Of a stretch of 64,000 nt of DNA, positions 21,010 through 34,000 are shown in pieces. Under the pieces are notes generated by a model. It was not told the origin of the DNA. It saw only the letters and a program-made list of their open reading frames with translations, and searched no databases. The stretch lies in contig NIVC01002210.1 in the NCBI GenBank assembly GCA_002269645.1, positions 1-64,000 on the forward strand, written 5' to 3'. Made by a program: the position numbers and the translations under genes. The first letter of the stretch is position 1, and each line of letters opens with the position of its first letter. The stretch is from Macrostomum lignano (taxonomy: Eukaryota).

Positions 21010-21285
21010 CTAACCATCGCAAAAACCGTCCTCTAACCACTGCAAGAGCCGTCCTAACCAACCGCGAAAACCGTTCTCTAACCACTGCAAGAGCCGTCCT
21101 AACCAACCGCAAAAACCGTTCTCTAACCACTGCAAGAGCCGTCCTAACCAACCGCGAAAACCGTTCTCTAACCACTGCAAGAGCCGTCCTAACCAACCGC
21201 AAAAACCGTTCTCTAACCACTGCAAGAGCCGTCCTAACCAACCGCAAAAACCGTTCTCTAACCACTGCAAGAGCCGTTCTCTAAA
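21010..21285. repeat. 45-bp tandem repeat, about 6 copies
   Basis: Unit AAAACCGTTCTCTAACCACTGCAAGAGCCGTCCTAACCAACCGCR. Confidence 0.92.
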
Positions 21286-22503
21286 GACCTCCTAGAGTCC
21301 GTTCTGTAGTAGTTGCGTAATCAGGAGTTTTTTGGCCGCCCGCGGGTCATGAACCCTGCTATTCCTCTTGACTGCGCCGCGGCAAGAATCGTCCTCCAAG
21401 CGCATCAAGAAACGATACTTAACCATCAAAACTGCTTTTTTTGTTAAAGGACGGGTGATCAACCAGCTAGTGGGCTCAACCTGGGTCTATGGGTTCAAAC
21501 TACACTTGTAGTAGGAGCTGAGTACAGGGAGCTTGCCCTTAGTGCCTATGACCAAGGCAGCAGGCGAAAGAGTGAATCCGACCATCCGACTCATCCATCG
21601 TCACAAGGAAAGCCGGACCCTCGGACCGTCTCAGCCAGCTAACAGATCGAGGATTGTTTGATACTGGTATTTGGCATCACGGGCTAGGAATGGTTTGGGT
21701 CAGCTAGTATTAGGACTCTGACCCATACACCGCCACTTCATCTGCCTGCCAAACAAAGCAAATCTGACTTAATGAGAAAAATACAGTGACCCAATTGACC
21801 GTAATGCTCTGAGGATGGCCCCGCTATCAGCAGCTTGAACTTCGTCGACTCGTTGCATAATACTGTCCAGTGACCGCCTCTACCAGGACTCGCATGTCTC
21901 CTTTTGCTTAAGCCCCATACATGTATAGCATGCAACCTCTGAAATTTCTATTTTAAGCTTTGTGCCGCTTTTCGTTTCTATCTGTTACAGTTACTGTCTG
22001 ACAGTCGCACATAGCCCTAGGAGCATACTAGAAACTACAACTACATGATGCAATACCAGGAGGCAGAATGAACTGCAGATGCAAATATACATGTATATTG
22101 ACATGATTTAAAATTTCCTTAACATACTCGTGCAATGTACATGTAAGAGAACCTTAGGCCTAGCTATGACATTGAATTAAACAATATGGAAATGGAAATA
22201 GACAAGAGCGAGCAAAAACCAGAGCTCTCAATATTTTGTGTGCTTAGATGGCAAAAAGGCTAAGAAATTGGCAGGGCCTTTTGCTGGGGTCGCACTGCTG
22301 ATGCAGAGGCTCACTGAGCAGTCAAAAGTTTTTAGCGTTTTTTGTTGACCGAGCGAAGGAGTGGCATTACAGAGCAAAATGTGAATTCCATAACTATGCA
22401 TATATATTAAGAATTCTAGTCTTAATTTTGATAATAAAAAGGCGTGAGTTACTCCTAATAGAGCTCAGAGACCGACAGAAAGGCAGCTGAATCAGGCTCC
22501 AGC

Positions 22504-23938
22504 ATGCACTCGGGTATCGGCAGCACGAGGTCACTGAAGCTGCCAACCGGCCTGCTGCACGTCCGATTCAGCGATGGCGGCAATAGCGACAGTGAATCGT
22601 CTGCCGCTAGGCTGCACTTCTCAGAAGAAGGTACTTGCGCTGTACATCAACTCTACACTTTTATAGTGTTTTAACACTTCTGAAGCAGTGCGTCTCCGGG
22701 CGCGCCTCAAAACCTGGCGCTCGTCAGTCAACTAGCAGTCGACATGCGACTGTGCTCACTGAAGGATGCCGTGTAGGGCCTTGCCCGTATCATTCCAAGA
22801 TTCCCAAGTTTTACACCCTTACAGGTGTCTAGAGAGATTATTTTGAACTAAAAAAAGGAAAAGAAAAATTTCTTCTTTTATCGAACTCTAATCCATGATT
22901 GTTACACCGCATTGATACTGAAATCGACAGTCGTCAATTGTCATCCCTTTGCACCCACTTTTTTTTCTTATACAGAGATCCGCAAGGTGTTTCGCGCCAT
23001 GGACAAATCCCAACACGGAGGCGTCACTGCTAAGCAACTCTGCGTGGTAATGAAGAAGATGGGCACCCCTACTTCGGAGTCTGAGGCACGCGATATTGTT
23101 CAAGCGGCGGACAAGAGAGGTAAATGGCGCATCATTAGTAAATTGAAAAATGATAGCTACTATTAGTAGGCTAAATAGGCACGCAATCTTTTTGTTCACT
23201 TTGGATGTAATTTCATCGAATATTGGTTTTCATCGGTTGTTTAATGCCCAGTAAACGAGGAGAACGATCGATCTCTCTCTCTACTCTAACTTTCATTTGC
23301 CTCTTTTCACCTTCTGCCTGCAAGTTCTATGCAGTTTCTTCCTAAGATGCATGTCAGTTCCTCGACTAATGCTGGTTTTCCTTTCCAAATACACGCCGCA
23401 GGCACTGGCATGATAACCGAAGACGATTTTGTCAGTTTCATGCGCGAACGAGCTATGGAATTTACCAGACAGCTGCGCGAGGCATTTCAAGCGATGGACA
23501 CCGACAAGTCGGGCTTCCTGACGCCTGTAAACCGAACCAATTGTTTTATGATTATAACAAGAGCAGTGTTGAAAAAAATTGAATAGTTTTACATGCAATC
23601 CCTGAACACGCTGCAGAGCCAGCTGAGATCGGGTCTCGCTAAGCAAGGGATGACCTTCTCCAATAAGGAGTTCAAGGACATGCTGGACGTGGTGGACGTA
23701 GACAAAAGTGGCGGCATCAGCTGGGAAGGTAGGATTTACATGTACGTGTGTATAGCATTGTTGTAATGAATCTCAGGTGCACGACCCGACAGAATTGAAT
23801 CAGTTTCACCAATGCCAATAACGAGGCAGCTACCTAACAGCATGTAAATTAAGAACCAGTTTTGTTGTCATGCACTGCAGTCCCGATGTGTACATTCGCT
23901 CGAATTCTTTTTCAGAGTTCTTAAGCGCCATGCAGTAG
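22504..23938 (+). CDS. Calmodulin-like four-EF-hand protein, 176 aa, 5 exons
   Basis: Exons 22504-22630, 22976-23119, 23402-23526, 23617-23728 and 23916-23938, all GT-AG with consistent phases (531 nt). EF loops DKSQHGGVTAKQ, DKRGTGMITEDD, DTDKSGFLTPSQ and DVDKSGGISWEE. Confidence 0.88.
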
Positions 23939-26900
23939 TCTGAATTGCGTCGCGAGAGCACAATATGGATGATTGCTAAAGATTGCGCGGATTCAACAAG
24001 TTTTTTGCTCAATCGTTTTATTTTTATTAGTTTATTTATTTTGGCATATCAATAATTCCTATTTTGTTATTATCTGTGACAAAAACCCGTTCAGTTGCTC
24101 ATAAGCACCCGAAGCAAATGAGCTGTGTGTTTTGCTTTGGCGTTTGGAAAATATATTTTGTATTACTTTCACTAGAATTAACTTCCAAAGAGTTTTACTG
24201 TTGCCTTCGAAACATTCTACTTTTAGTAGACTCGATAAATGTCTCCTTCCTATACCTTAAATATTACGTTGAAGAGATCTGGCGGACTAAGGGTGGGTTG
24301 AAAGTCTGACTCAGCCCCTACTATGCTGTGTGTTTCGTGGTCCCCTTTTTCCACCGCTCGCCCCATTTTTCGTCCATAAAACAACTGAGCCCCTACCAAA
24401 GCCCGGCCCCATGCAGCCCAATGCCATCCCATTTTCTATAATAAGTTATACGTTTCTAAGAGTAAGAACGTATCTGGCAAGAACGAAGGCAGCTTCGATT
24501 CTTGCGTCAAAATTTTTATTCAATTTGAAATCAAAGCTCCCGTCCTAGAGAAGATTAGATCATTTTTTCAAACGAAAAATATAAACCTTAATTTTCATTC
24601 CTTAGTTTCCTGAATTGGAGGACTGAGGACCTTTCATTCAGCAAATTAGCGATGCCAATTAACATATAAGTCTTGTTGGGTGGCATGTTTCTAGTTTCGA
24701 GTTTTGGAAGTATAATTAGATAATTTTTGACCCATTAATTTGGCTGCTTAAATCAGACAGATCCTATGCATTGTAGTCTGTCTGACTGAGTATAATGGAT
24801 GCCAGGATGCGGGAAGAGGAAAGAGGGGCGAGCACTTTGACACCTGACGGACGGACTTTTTCAGTGAAAATGAGCAAAATGAGCAAAACCGCCAGACTGG
24901 AGTGTTGGCTCGTTATTTTTTTTCTCCTTTGGACTTTTCTGCTCCAGCGTCTGCATTTATTGCTGGCCCTTTTTCCTCATCATTTACTTATCCTCTACCT
25001 ACAAGGTTGTTAGCCAGCTTAGCTTATTGGCGTTGTCAGTACAGCCCCCACTCCATCCACGCCAGTCGCTCAACCACTCAAACCAAGGGCCGGATGCTCA
25101 GCGCCAATGCTCAAGCTTATTAGCTCAGAAAAATATCCCAGATTTGAATTTTGTAATCGCAAAATGGAAAAATGTTTCAAAACTTAACACGAAGAAAAGA
25201 ATACCAGCTATTGTGTGATTGTGGTATTTTTGGGAAGCTAAAAACTTTTAGCCCGCTTTAACCTTTAAGTTTCTATTAAAATTTCTGATACCAGGTTTGG
25301 TCAAGCCAAAATTTAGGATTAACTCCCGTCATCGCAGGATCACAAAAACCCGGACTTTGCGACCCTATAGGACCTATCTCAGAAACACTCTAAGCCCAAC
25401 GTACAGTGATCCCTCTATTATCATTCGTCACACTCACATTGTGGAGAATTGTATAGTAGTATCAACTAAACTCAAAAGTAAACAATGCTTGGTTTTCTTC
25501 ATTCTCATCTTATGTATCATGAACCAGATGGCGATGGATGATGGCGATTGGCCAACTGAAAGCAATGGCTAAAACGCTTAAAACGAGAATACCCGCAACG
25601 AAATTACCAAATCCATTATAATTTGGAAGCATGCTCAGAGACCAGATCTGGAATTCCATATTTTTTACATTGGATGGATTATGGTTATGGAATGGACATG
25701 GAACGAAGGGGTTTGGGTTTGAGCTTTAGGGAAGTCATATACAGAGCTGTTCTATACACTGAAGTCAAGATCAGGAGGCCAGGAATGACTCGATAGTCGG
25801 CTCGATAGGCACAGACAGCCCCTGCAGCTAGTATCAGCTATCAGGGTCTTGCTGACCTTACAGCGGACAAGTAGTAGGTACGGAGTCCGGACGGACGGAT
25901 GTCCCGACTCCCGTCCCGAGAGTCCCAATCTCCGTTTTAAGGAAGTCATCATCACTTGTTGAAGTCTGAAAATACTTTAATCGACCAACAAGCTAACAAC
26001 CGCCCGTCAACATCAAGTCTATATGTAAGACTAAGGCCCCTCCGCAGTCCGCAGCCCCTGGCTTTAAGTCAATTAACTCATAAGTGACTAACTAGGAATC
26101 AGTGAGACAGTGGACTACTCACTAGTCACCCATTATTACCACTACAGTCCCGTCTCGTCGCGTCCCGATTCCGACTAGCGAGTCCTGACTCCTGACTTCA
26201 GCTTCCATGTCGGCATTAAATTGGAGTCTGGATCTGAACGGTGATCAAACTAGAGAGGATCCGGATCCGGAATAAGGTATTTCGTCGAATACAAGTTGAA
26301 AGTTGATTCACATAAAGGCGTAGTTGTTACTTTGCTACCGTTGTTTGTTTGTTTCAGAACATTTTGAGCTCCCCAACCTAACCTGTCCAGTGTCCACGAC
26401 TTCTCAATTCTCATGAATCTCATGAATCAGATGAAGTCGCCATAGATGAGATGATGAGCTGAGATTAACGACTAGAATTTCTAGAGTTTCTAACAGATCA
26501 CAGATGTCTAGTGATATTGAGTGAGTACAGTAGTAAAGTGACAATAAGCACGCAAGAGTTTTGAAAGTTCAGACTCTCAGAGTGACCAGACCAGACCCAG
26601 GACAGCCAGCCAGCCGCACGTACGAGCGTCGAGCAGCCGAGTCCATCACCAAGACCACTGAAACTAGAGGATGGGATGGGACTGGGAGGTCATAATACTA
26701 GTTCGAAGTAGCATATTGCGAGTTTCCTTATCCCTTGCTCCTTCAGGGCCCCTATTCAGACTGTGCCTCTGAGCCTCTGTGCTGTGGGGGCTGAGGCCGG
26801 CAGTCCTAGCCTTGCTTTATATGCAGGAAAAATGATTCTCTCCAAGCCTAGGCTTCCAGCACGACCAGCGCATATAGCTTTGTTAGCCTGACACGGGAAA

Positions 26901-28357
26901 TGATAAGGCATTCAATTCTAGCCCGTGGAGCTTAGATCAATAACGACATTCACTTCACAGAATGTGCAGTTTCTTATTACACTCAGTTTTTTTTTACATT
27001 TTAGTCTATTGTTCGATATCTATGCAATTAACAAAGATGATTTTACACAATATTTATAAGTCGAGGACGACCTGTCGATTGCGCTAAAAAATATGTTTTA
27101 ATATTGTTTCGTAGCTTAGAAATAATCGCTTATTTTTATTTTGTACAGTGGGATTTTGCAAAACGGATTTTTGGAGTTTCTCTAATGGTTAGGTCCCAGC
27201 TCATCACAAAATTTTTCACCCTCCACATCGTGAACCACTCGGCAAAGTAGATCCAAGAAACCAAGAGTTTTCGCTTTTTGAAGGCTCCATCGTTGGATTT
27301 TGTTGAAAAATAAAGATTTTATATTGATGGAAAAGGTTTTTAAAAAATAAAAACCATATGCTTGGCTGAAAAATGTAAACCTTACTATTTCATTGCCTAC
27401 ATCGTGAAATAATATCTTAGACGTTTCAGTTGAATTTACGTCCTGGCCGTAGAGACCAAGCAAATTTGCGCTATGACTTGCCCAAGTCCCGATCGTTGCA
27501 TTGCTTTCTGTGCAAGAGAAGAACACAGAATATTCTCCTCCCTATACTGCCTTTAGCTTCTGGTGACTGTTGAATTTCGCTTGTCTGTTAATATGTTATC
27601 ACGTGTGCGCGCGTAAAACTTAGATTTTGAGAATCACTTTGCGGGATGTGGTCGCCGTCAGGCCCTCAGCCTAGGTAAGTCGTTGGTTTTGGATCAATTC
27701 TTGAAATTGAAAATGAAAAATAATGAAAAAAATGAAAAATAATGAAAAAAATGAAAAACCCCTAAAAATGAAATAGGGTTATCATATTACTAGTTAGGCT
27801 AAGTAAGAAATTTTTTTTAATTACTAAGTAAAATTGATCTTCATTGAATTAAGCCTCTTTATTATATAGCCTATATGCCTGACTATACATTATTAAATCA
27901 ATATTTTAAGTCTTGCCCTTGATAATGCTTGACTTGTACATAGACCTAGTCTTAGACTTAGTTAATAGGCCTTTTATATTCTTATTATATAAAATACAAC
28001 ACAAGCATTATTTATTATAATTTCCTAAAGAAATAAATATGTTTAGTAAGTTTTATAATAGGCTTAATTATAATTTATAATCTAATAATGACATAAGAAT
28101 TTAATAAACTATAGAAAAATATGATTATTTTATTTTATTATTTATTAACTCTAATATGAAGCATAATAAAATATGCTTAGGCCACTTGAAATATATATTT
28201 AATACATGTATTATGTATATAGTTTTTTTAATTATATACAAAATAAATATTATAGCTAGGCCATAGTTTGGAAGGTGACTAGTGACATATATGTTAGAAT
28301 TTCCAAGCAAGTGAATAACAAGGTACTTGCCATCTTTGGTATATATCAACTTATATC

Positions 28358-28562
28358 TAGGGGCATAAGGAGAGAAGGATAGGGGGGGTATATCCTCCCA
28401 AAGAGCCTAACCAAAACTTTTTTGTTGCCCTTTGTTGCTATACATGCTACTATATGACTCTGTCATTTCATAGATAGCACTTTTACCTGTCCTTAGTATA
28501 TCTTCCCATAAAAAATTTACCTTGGTGTATCCCCCCATAAGAAATTCTTGGCTATGCCCCTG
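28358..28562. mobile_element. hAT-type MITE (205 bp)
   Basis: TIRs TAGGGGCATA / TATGCCCCTG with 8-bp TSD CTTATATC (28350-28357, 28563-28570). Confidence 0.8.
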
Positions 28563-29207
28563 CTTATATCTTAGTATACATGACATAACAGAAACATTGT
28601 GTCAATGGCAAATTTTTTGTATTGATACAAAAACCCAATGTACAAATGAGGTCTTGTCATTTTTTCTAGTATTAAACCCAGTATACACTAATATATAATC
28701 CAAAGACCAAACTATAGTAGCTAGGATATAAAGCTATATTAATGATTTGCCTATATTAAATATTTTACTATATTTAGGATCATGTCACTTATGATAGAAA
28801 CTTCTAACACACATTTGTAATAGCTAATATATATGTAATAAATATTTTTTGAAAAGTCATAATATTTATTTGCCTAAATTTTGTTGTAAATATATAAAGG
28901 ATAGCAGTTTTATAATAAAATGTTTATAATTTTTTAAATTTGTATCATTTTTTGTGTCAATGCTAGAATAAACTAAGGGTTTAAACAATCATTGCTGGCT
29001 GGCATCCCAGAATATTATTGCATCTTGCTTAGTATATTGGTATATAACTGAAAATATTTTTAGGTTGTTTTTGGCATATATAACATAATATTGACTATAG
29101 CTATAATATAATATATATATATCTAATTATATTTCATAAAATATATTCTATTTCAGTATTTGATATATATTAAAAACATAAAGCCCTGTCCTTAGTAGTA
29201 TTAAAAC

Positions 29208-29483
29208 CATACATGTGCAACCCCCTGATTTACACTGGCCATGCGACTTACTTTTTGACCAAAAATGCGACTTACCTGTGACAGAAATCCTATAGCAACA
29301 TTAACGCAATTTTGGGTAAATGGCAGGAGTAACTATGACTGTCTTATAAGGGCTAAATGTCTCGTCATCTAATTAGTACTACATTTGTATTCTTTGGGGT
29401 AGGCATTTTTGCAACTTACCCCTAGTCTACCAAAATTTACGGTGGCCAGATCGGCCAGGTTGGCCAGCAGTTGCGCATGTATG
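29208..29483. mobile_element. hAT-type MITE, family copy A
   Basis: TIRs CATACATGTGCAAC / GTTGCGCATGTATG with perfect 8-bp TSD ATTAAAAC. Homologous to 44140-44400. Confidence 0.85.
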
Positions 29484-31039
29484 ATTAAAACCCTCTGGTA
29501 AAATGAAGTTGAAAACTTATACATGTATAATAAATCATTTTATTCTTTTTTATAATGTATATTTATATTATATATTATATAATTATACATTATATAAATA
29601 TATATATTACTATAGTAGTAATAAAAGAATACCTTTATTCTTTTATTCTTTCTTTTGACAATAGTTTAGTATAAGCCTAATATTTTTATATTGTCTTATT
29701 AAAATTTGTAATTGTATTAACTGGCTATATCTATGTTCATTGGTATATCTATGATTATTTTAAATTGCCAATTTAACATAGTTAATATAGTTATGTTAGT
29801 TATGCTAATCAATGTTTTTAACTATTGAAGCAAGTAAGGTATCTATGTCAATGGCATCTTGCATAGATAAAAAAATTGATTGGCATGCTTGCATACTTAA
29901 AACATGATTGACATCCTTAAATTGAGTAGTCAAATTCAAATTGCATAAAAGCCTTCTTCTTCCATTCAAGGAATGATAGAAACTTAGGATAACTTAAAAT
30001 GTGCTTCTATGATCCTATGTAGTTGGTCACTTGAGATTAAAGTCTGTTTGTATATGATTATTGCACTTGACAAAGCATATGTGTCTTCATATTTGCTCCA
30101 ATAGGATTGTCTTTTAAAAATCTCATACAATTCTTATGCTAAAAATATAAGGTTCTTTTTCATTTAAACTAAGGCAAAAATTATGGTTAGAGATAAGAGC
30201 ATAAGGCTTGATAGTTATATACTGGATTTACTACTTAGATTCGACTATAAAACTACTAGGTTTAAAGGGGAGTGTATATGGCTGAACTGTGTACACCAGT
30301 ATCAACTTGTGAATCTCTGTACATTAGTAACTTTATAATAAACTCACTTCACTTGTAAACTACAAGTGTAATTAGAGATTGAATGAGAAGTGCAAGGCAT
30401 TTTTATATCTAACATGTATCAGCTGATATTTCAGCAGTAGCGGGTCTTGCATTCATTGACCTGCTTGTCCACTCTTATCAGAGGGTCGAAAAGTACCAGA
30501 CAGTTTTTAAATTATGGTTCAGAAAAATGAGGCTATTTTTGGCGACGAAATGTATAGCTATTGGCGCGGGGAAAACCCCGCCCTTAGTTGCATACTTCCA
30601 TATAATCCCAAGACTGTAAAGTGGGGGCAAGGACGGAATCGCTGCATCTGATAGAGCGGTCTGGATTTACGAACGAAGACTTGACCCTGAAACTATCGTG
30701 TGGAGCCAGGACTGAAAGGAGAAAGCCGGTGGGGAATGGAGGGGAATATGGGGAAATTAATTGTCAGGCATGGGCACGAGGGTGGAAGGCGGGAATTAAG
30801 CGGATCAGACGGGGTTGCCAAGGGCTGGGATTGCCGCGCATGCCTTGCAGCTTAATCAATCGCGTGGACTGCCAAAGCTCTTTCTTCCTTTTATAAACTA
30901 CTATTTTTACTCTTGGCCGCCTGTCCACTGTGCTCATACTTTATACTATATGCTTTGTATCCCTTTCCCATCCTAAAGCTCTTCTCTTATCGAGTTCGCT
31001 CCAACACATTCCTATCCCTTACCACCGACCATTTTCTAG

Positions 31040-34000
31040 GCCGCGAGGGATTCACCCAATGCTTCAGGGCCAGCCGCCACCGACTTCGCACGGTTCCAGT
31101 CAGCAATCGCAGCAACAGCAGCCGCCGGCGTCACAGCAGCAGCAGCAGCCGCCGCAGCCGCAACAGCAGCCTCAACAGCAGCAGCCGCCGCCTCCACCGC
31201 AGCAGCAGCAGCAGCAGCACAATCCATATGCTGGGCCCCCTCCGGGCCTTTATCCGCCGAGTCCCTATCCGCCATATCCTAGAGGCGCTTATCCCCAGCA
31301 TCCCGGCTACCCGGGAGGGCCGCCCGGGTATCCACCGCCGCCAATGCAAAACCCTTACCCGGCACGGTCGCCTTATCACAGGCCTCCAATGCAGATGCCG
31401 GCGCATATGCAGCATCAGCAGCCTATGCCTATGGGGCCGCCGCAGTCGCAGCAGCAATTGCCGCCTCCGCATCTTCCGCCTCCGCCGCCACCGCCGGCGC
31501 CTCCGCACGGCTCTCAGGCTGCTTCGGCGGCAACAGCAACAGCCACAGGCTCCTCGATGGCTGCGCCGGCGTCGTCTGCGTCAGCATCGAACGCCAGCAA
31601 GTCGGCTACGTCCACAGCGTCGGCGAACGCTCCATCGACTGGCGGTCCGCCAACGCTTGAACCGCAGACTAACCTGACGAACGGCTCCGGCGGCGGGGGC
31701 GGCAGCAGCAATAATAGCTCCTCTTCCGGTGTTGGCGCCAGCGTTGGCAGCGCTAGCGCCACAACCAGCGCAGCAGGCGTTGTCGCCGGCGCCTACATCG
31801 CCAGCCCGATTTCGTCGGCCAAGGACGGCGACTCGAGCACGATTCCGCCTGGCTCGCCGGCCTCGACCAGTTTCCAGGACGACGAGAACTCCATGATCTC
31901 GTCGCCTAGTACACCCGCGCTGCCTCCGAATTTCAATAGCAACGCCGCCGGGCATGGCGGAGTCGCTGGCGGCGTGTCCAGCGGCAGCACCAGCCTGCAC
32001 AAGCTGTTCGAGCTCGGCTCCGAGCCGGAACGTCGCCAATGGGTTGAACGCTATCTGCAGTTCATGGAGGAGCGCGGCAAGCCGCTCACTAATTTGCCCC
32101 AGGTGGCCAAGCAGCCGCTGGATCTTTACAGGCTCTACTGCGGTGTACGCGAGCGCGGCGGAGTACTCGAGGTTGTTAAATCGAAGAAATGGAAAGAGGT
32201 GTCGCAGTTTATTCACATCAACGCGTCGGCTAGCGCTGCTTACACGCTGCGGCGCAATTACACCAAATACCTGATCGATTTCGAGTACCACTTTGATCGA
32301 GACGGCTGCGATCCGCGGCCGGTTGTTGACGAGATCGAAGCTATGACCAAGAAAAAGACAGGCCCAGCTGGCGGCCCAGCCAACAACGCTGGCGGCAAGG
32401 CGGCCATGATCAAAGGCCCGGACGTGGCTTCTATGAAAAGCGAGGACAGCTCTAACCACAGCGGCGGCCGCGGCACCCCGGCAACGCCCAATCCGGCGAT
32501 GGTTAACGGCGGAGCGCCTGGCCAAATGCCGCCCCACGGGATGCATCCGTCAATGCCGCCGCATCAGCAGCACCAGCCCGGCATGCCCAACGGCATGGTT
32601 GGCGGCCCGCCGCCTGAGCATATGTACCCGCATCACATGCACCACCAGCATCCGCCGCCGCCTCATCATCACCATTCGATGTCCAACGGAGGCCCCGTGC
32701 CGCCGTATCCGCACCATCCTCACCAGCCGCCACCTCCGCACTACCATCCGGCTTATCAGCATCCGCACGGCTATCCGCCAGCTAACGGGCCAGGCTACAC
32801 TATGCACCACATGCCTCCTTGGCAGCAAAGGCCGCCTCTGCCGCCGCCTCCGTCCTCGTCCTCGGCTGCACCCGGATCTATGGGCGCCCCCATGCCGCTG
32901 CACCAGCACCAGCATCATCCGCCTCCGCCGCCGATGTCTTCGCATTCTCAGCAGCAGCCGCCGTCATCATCGGCTCCGTCGGATAGCAACAATCATTTGT
33001 CGACGGCGCCTAGCTCGGCTGCGGCTACTACGTCGGCATCTTCCGCAACTCGGCCGATGGACGGTCAGCAGCCGTACAGCAGTGGTGGCTGCAATTCCTC
33101 ACACCAGCTGACTAAACTTGAGCACATGGTCAGCAGTCATCAGCCGCCGCCGCAGTCGCAGACGTCTTCGGTTGGTCGAATACTCTGCCGTGGCAACCAG
33201 CCGCCGCAGCAGCAGCAACAACAGCAGCGCCCTCCGCCGCCAATGCCGCATCATCACCCGATGGGCCCGCCGTCACAGCATCCGCCGTCGCATCAGTACG
33301 CCGGCCAAATGGGGCCTCCGATGACCCAGCAGCAGCATCATCCGCCGCATCATCAGCCCTACTCGCCCTATCACCATCAGCAGCCTCATCCGGGTCATCA
33401 TCATCAGCATCATCTCTCTGTGCCGCCGCAGCATCATCACCATCATCCTGGCCAGCATCCGCAGCATCATCCGCACCTAGTGCAGCATCGCCAGCTTCCT
33501 CCCCTGGATCCAAAAACAGTTGAAGGCATCGAGCCGCGCGTCAAGCACAAGGCCCTAAACCAAAAAGATATTGGCGGACCTGTCGATATCTGGCGCGTCC
33601 TAATGGCCCTGCGCTCCGGCCTGCTGACCGAGGTCACCTGGGCTTTGAATGTGCTCAACGTGCTACTAGCGGACTCCGGCACCTGCGACATGTTCGGCCT
33701 CACCCGCCTAGCCGGCCTATTCGACGCTTTAGTGGACGTCTGGCGCCGGTTATTAATCAACCTGCACGCCGGCCGGGAGGCCACAGATGAGAATTGCAAC
33801 CTGCTCAGTCTGGAAACCGACCAGCTGCGTCGGCCGGCCGACCGAGCCAGCGGAATCTGCCTGTCTAGCCGGCACGTCAAATCCTGTCTGCGTTGGCCAA
33901 GAAAGCGGAGGCGTTCGGACAGTTCGGACGCAGGCACTACCGACCGCGACCAGCCTGCAAAGCCCGCTGCTGAGGCTCCGGTTGCGCCGGCAGCATCGGA

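Noticed and set aside
21010-21285. Possible CRISPR-like arrays (this and the other 20-52-bp repeats)
   Set aside because: The units are directly adjacent with no unique spacers, no cas genes are present, and the context is eukaryotic.
24250-27530. Possible old transposon or LTR remnant, including ORF 27182-27526
   Set aside because: I could not find matching termini, a TSD or transposase/RT motifs.
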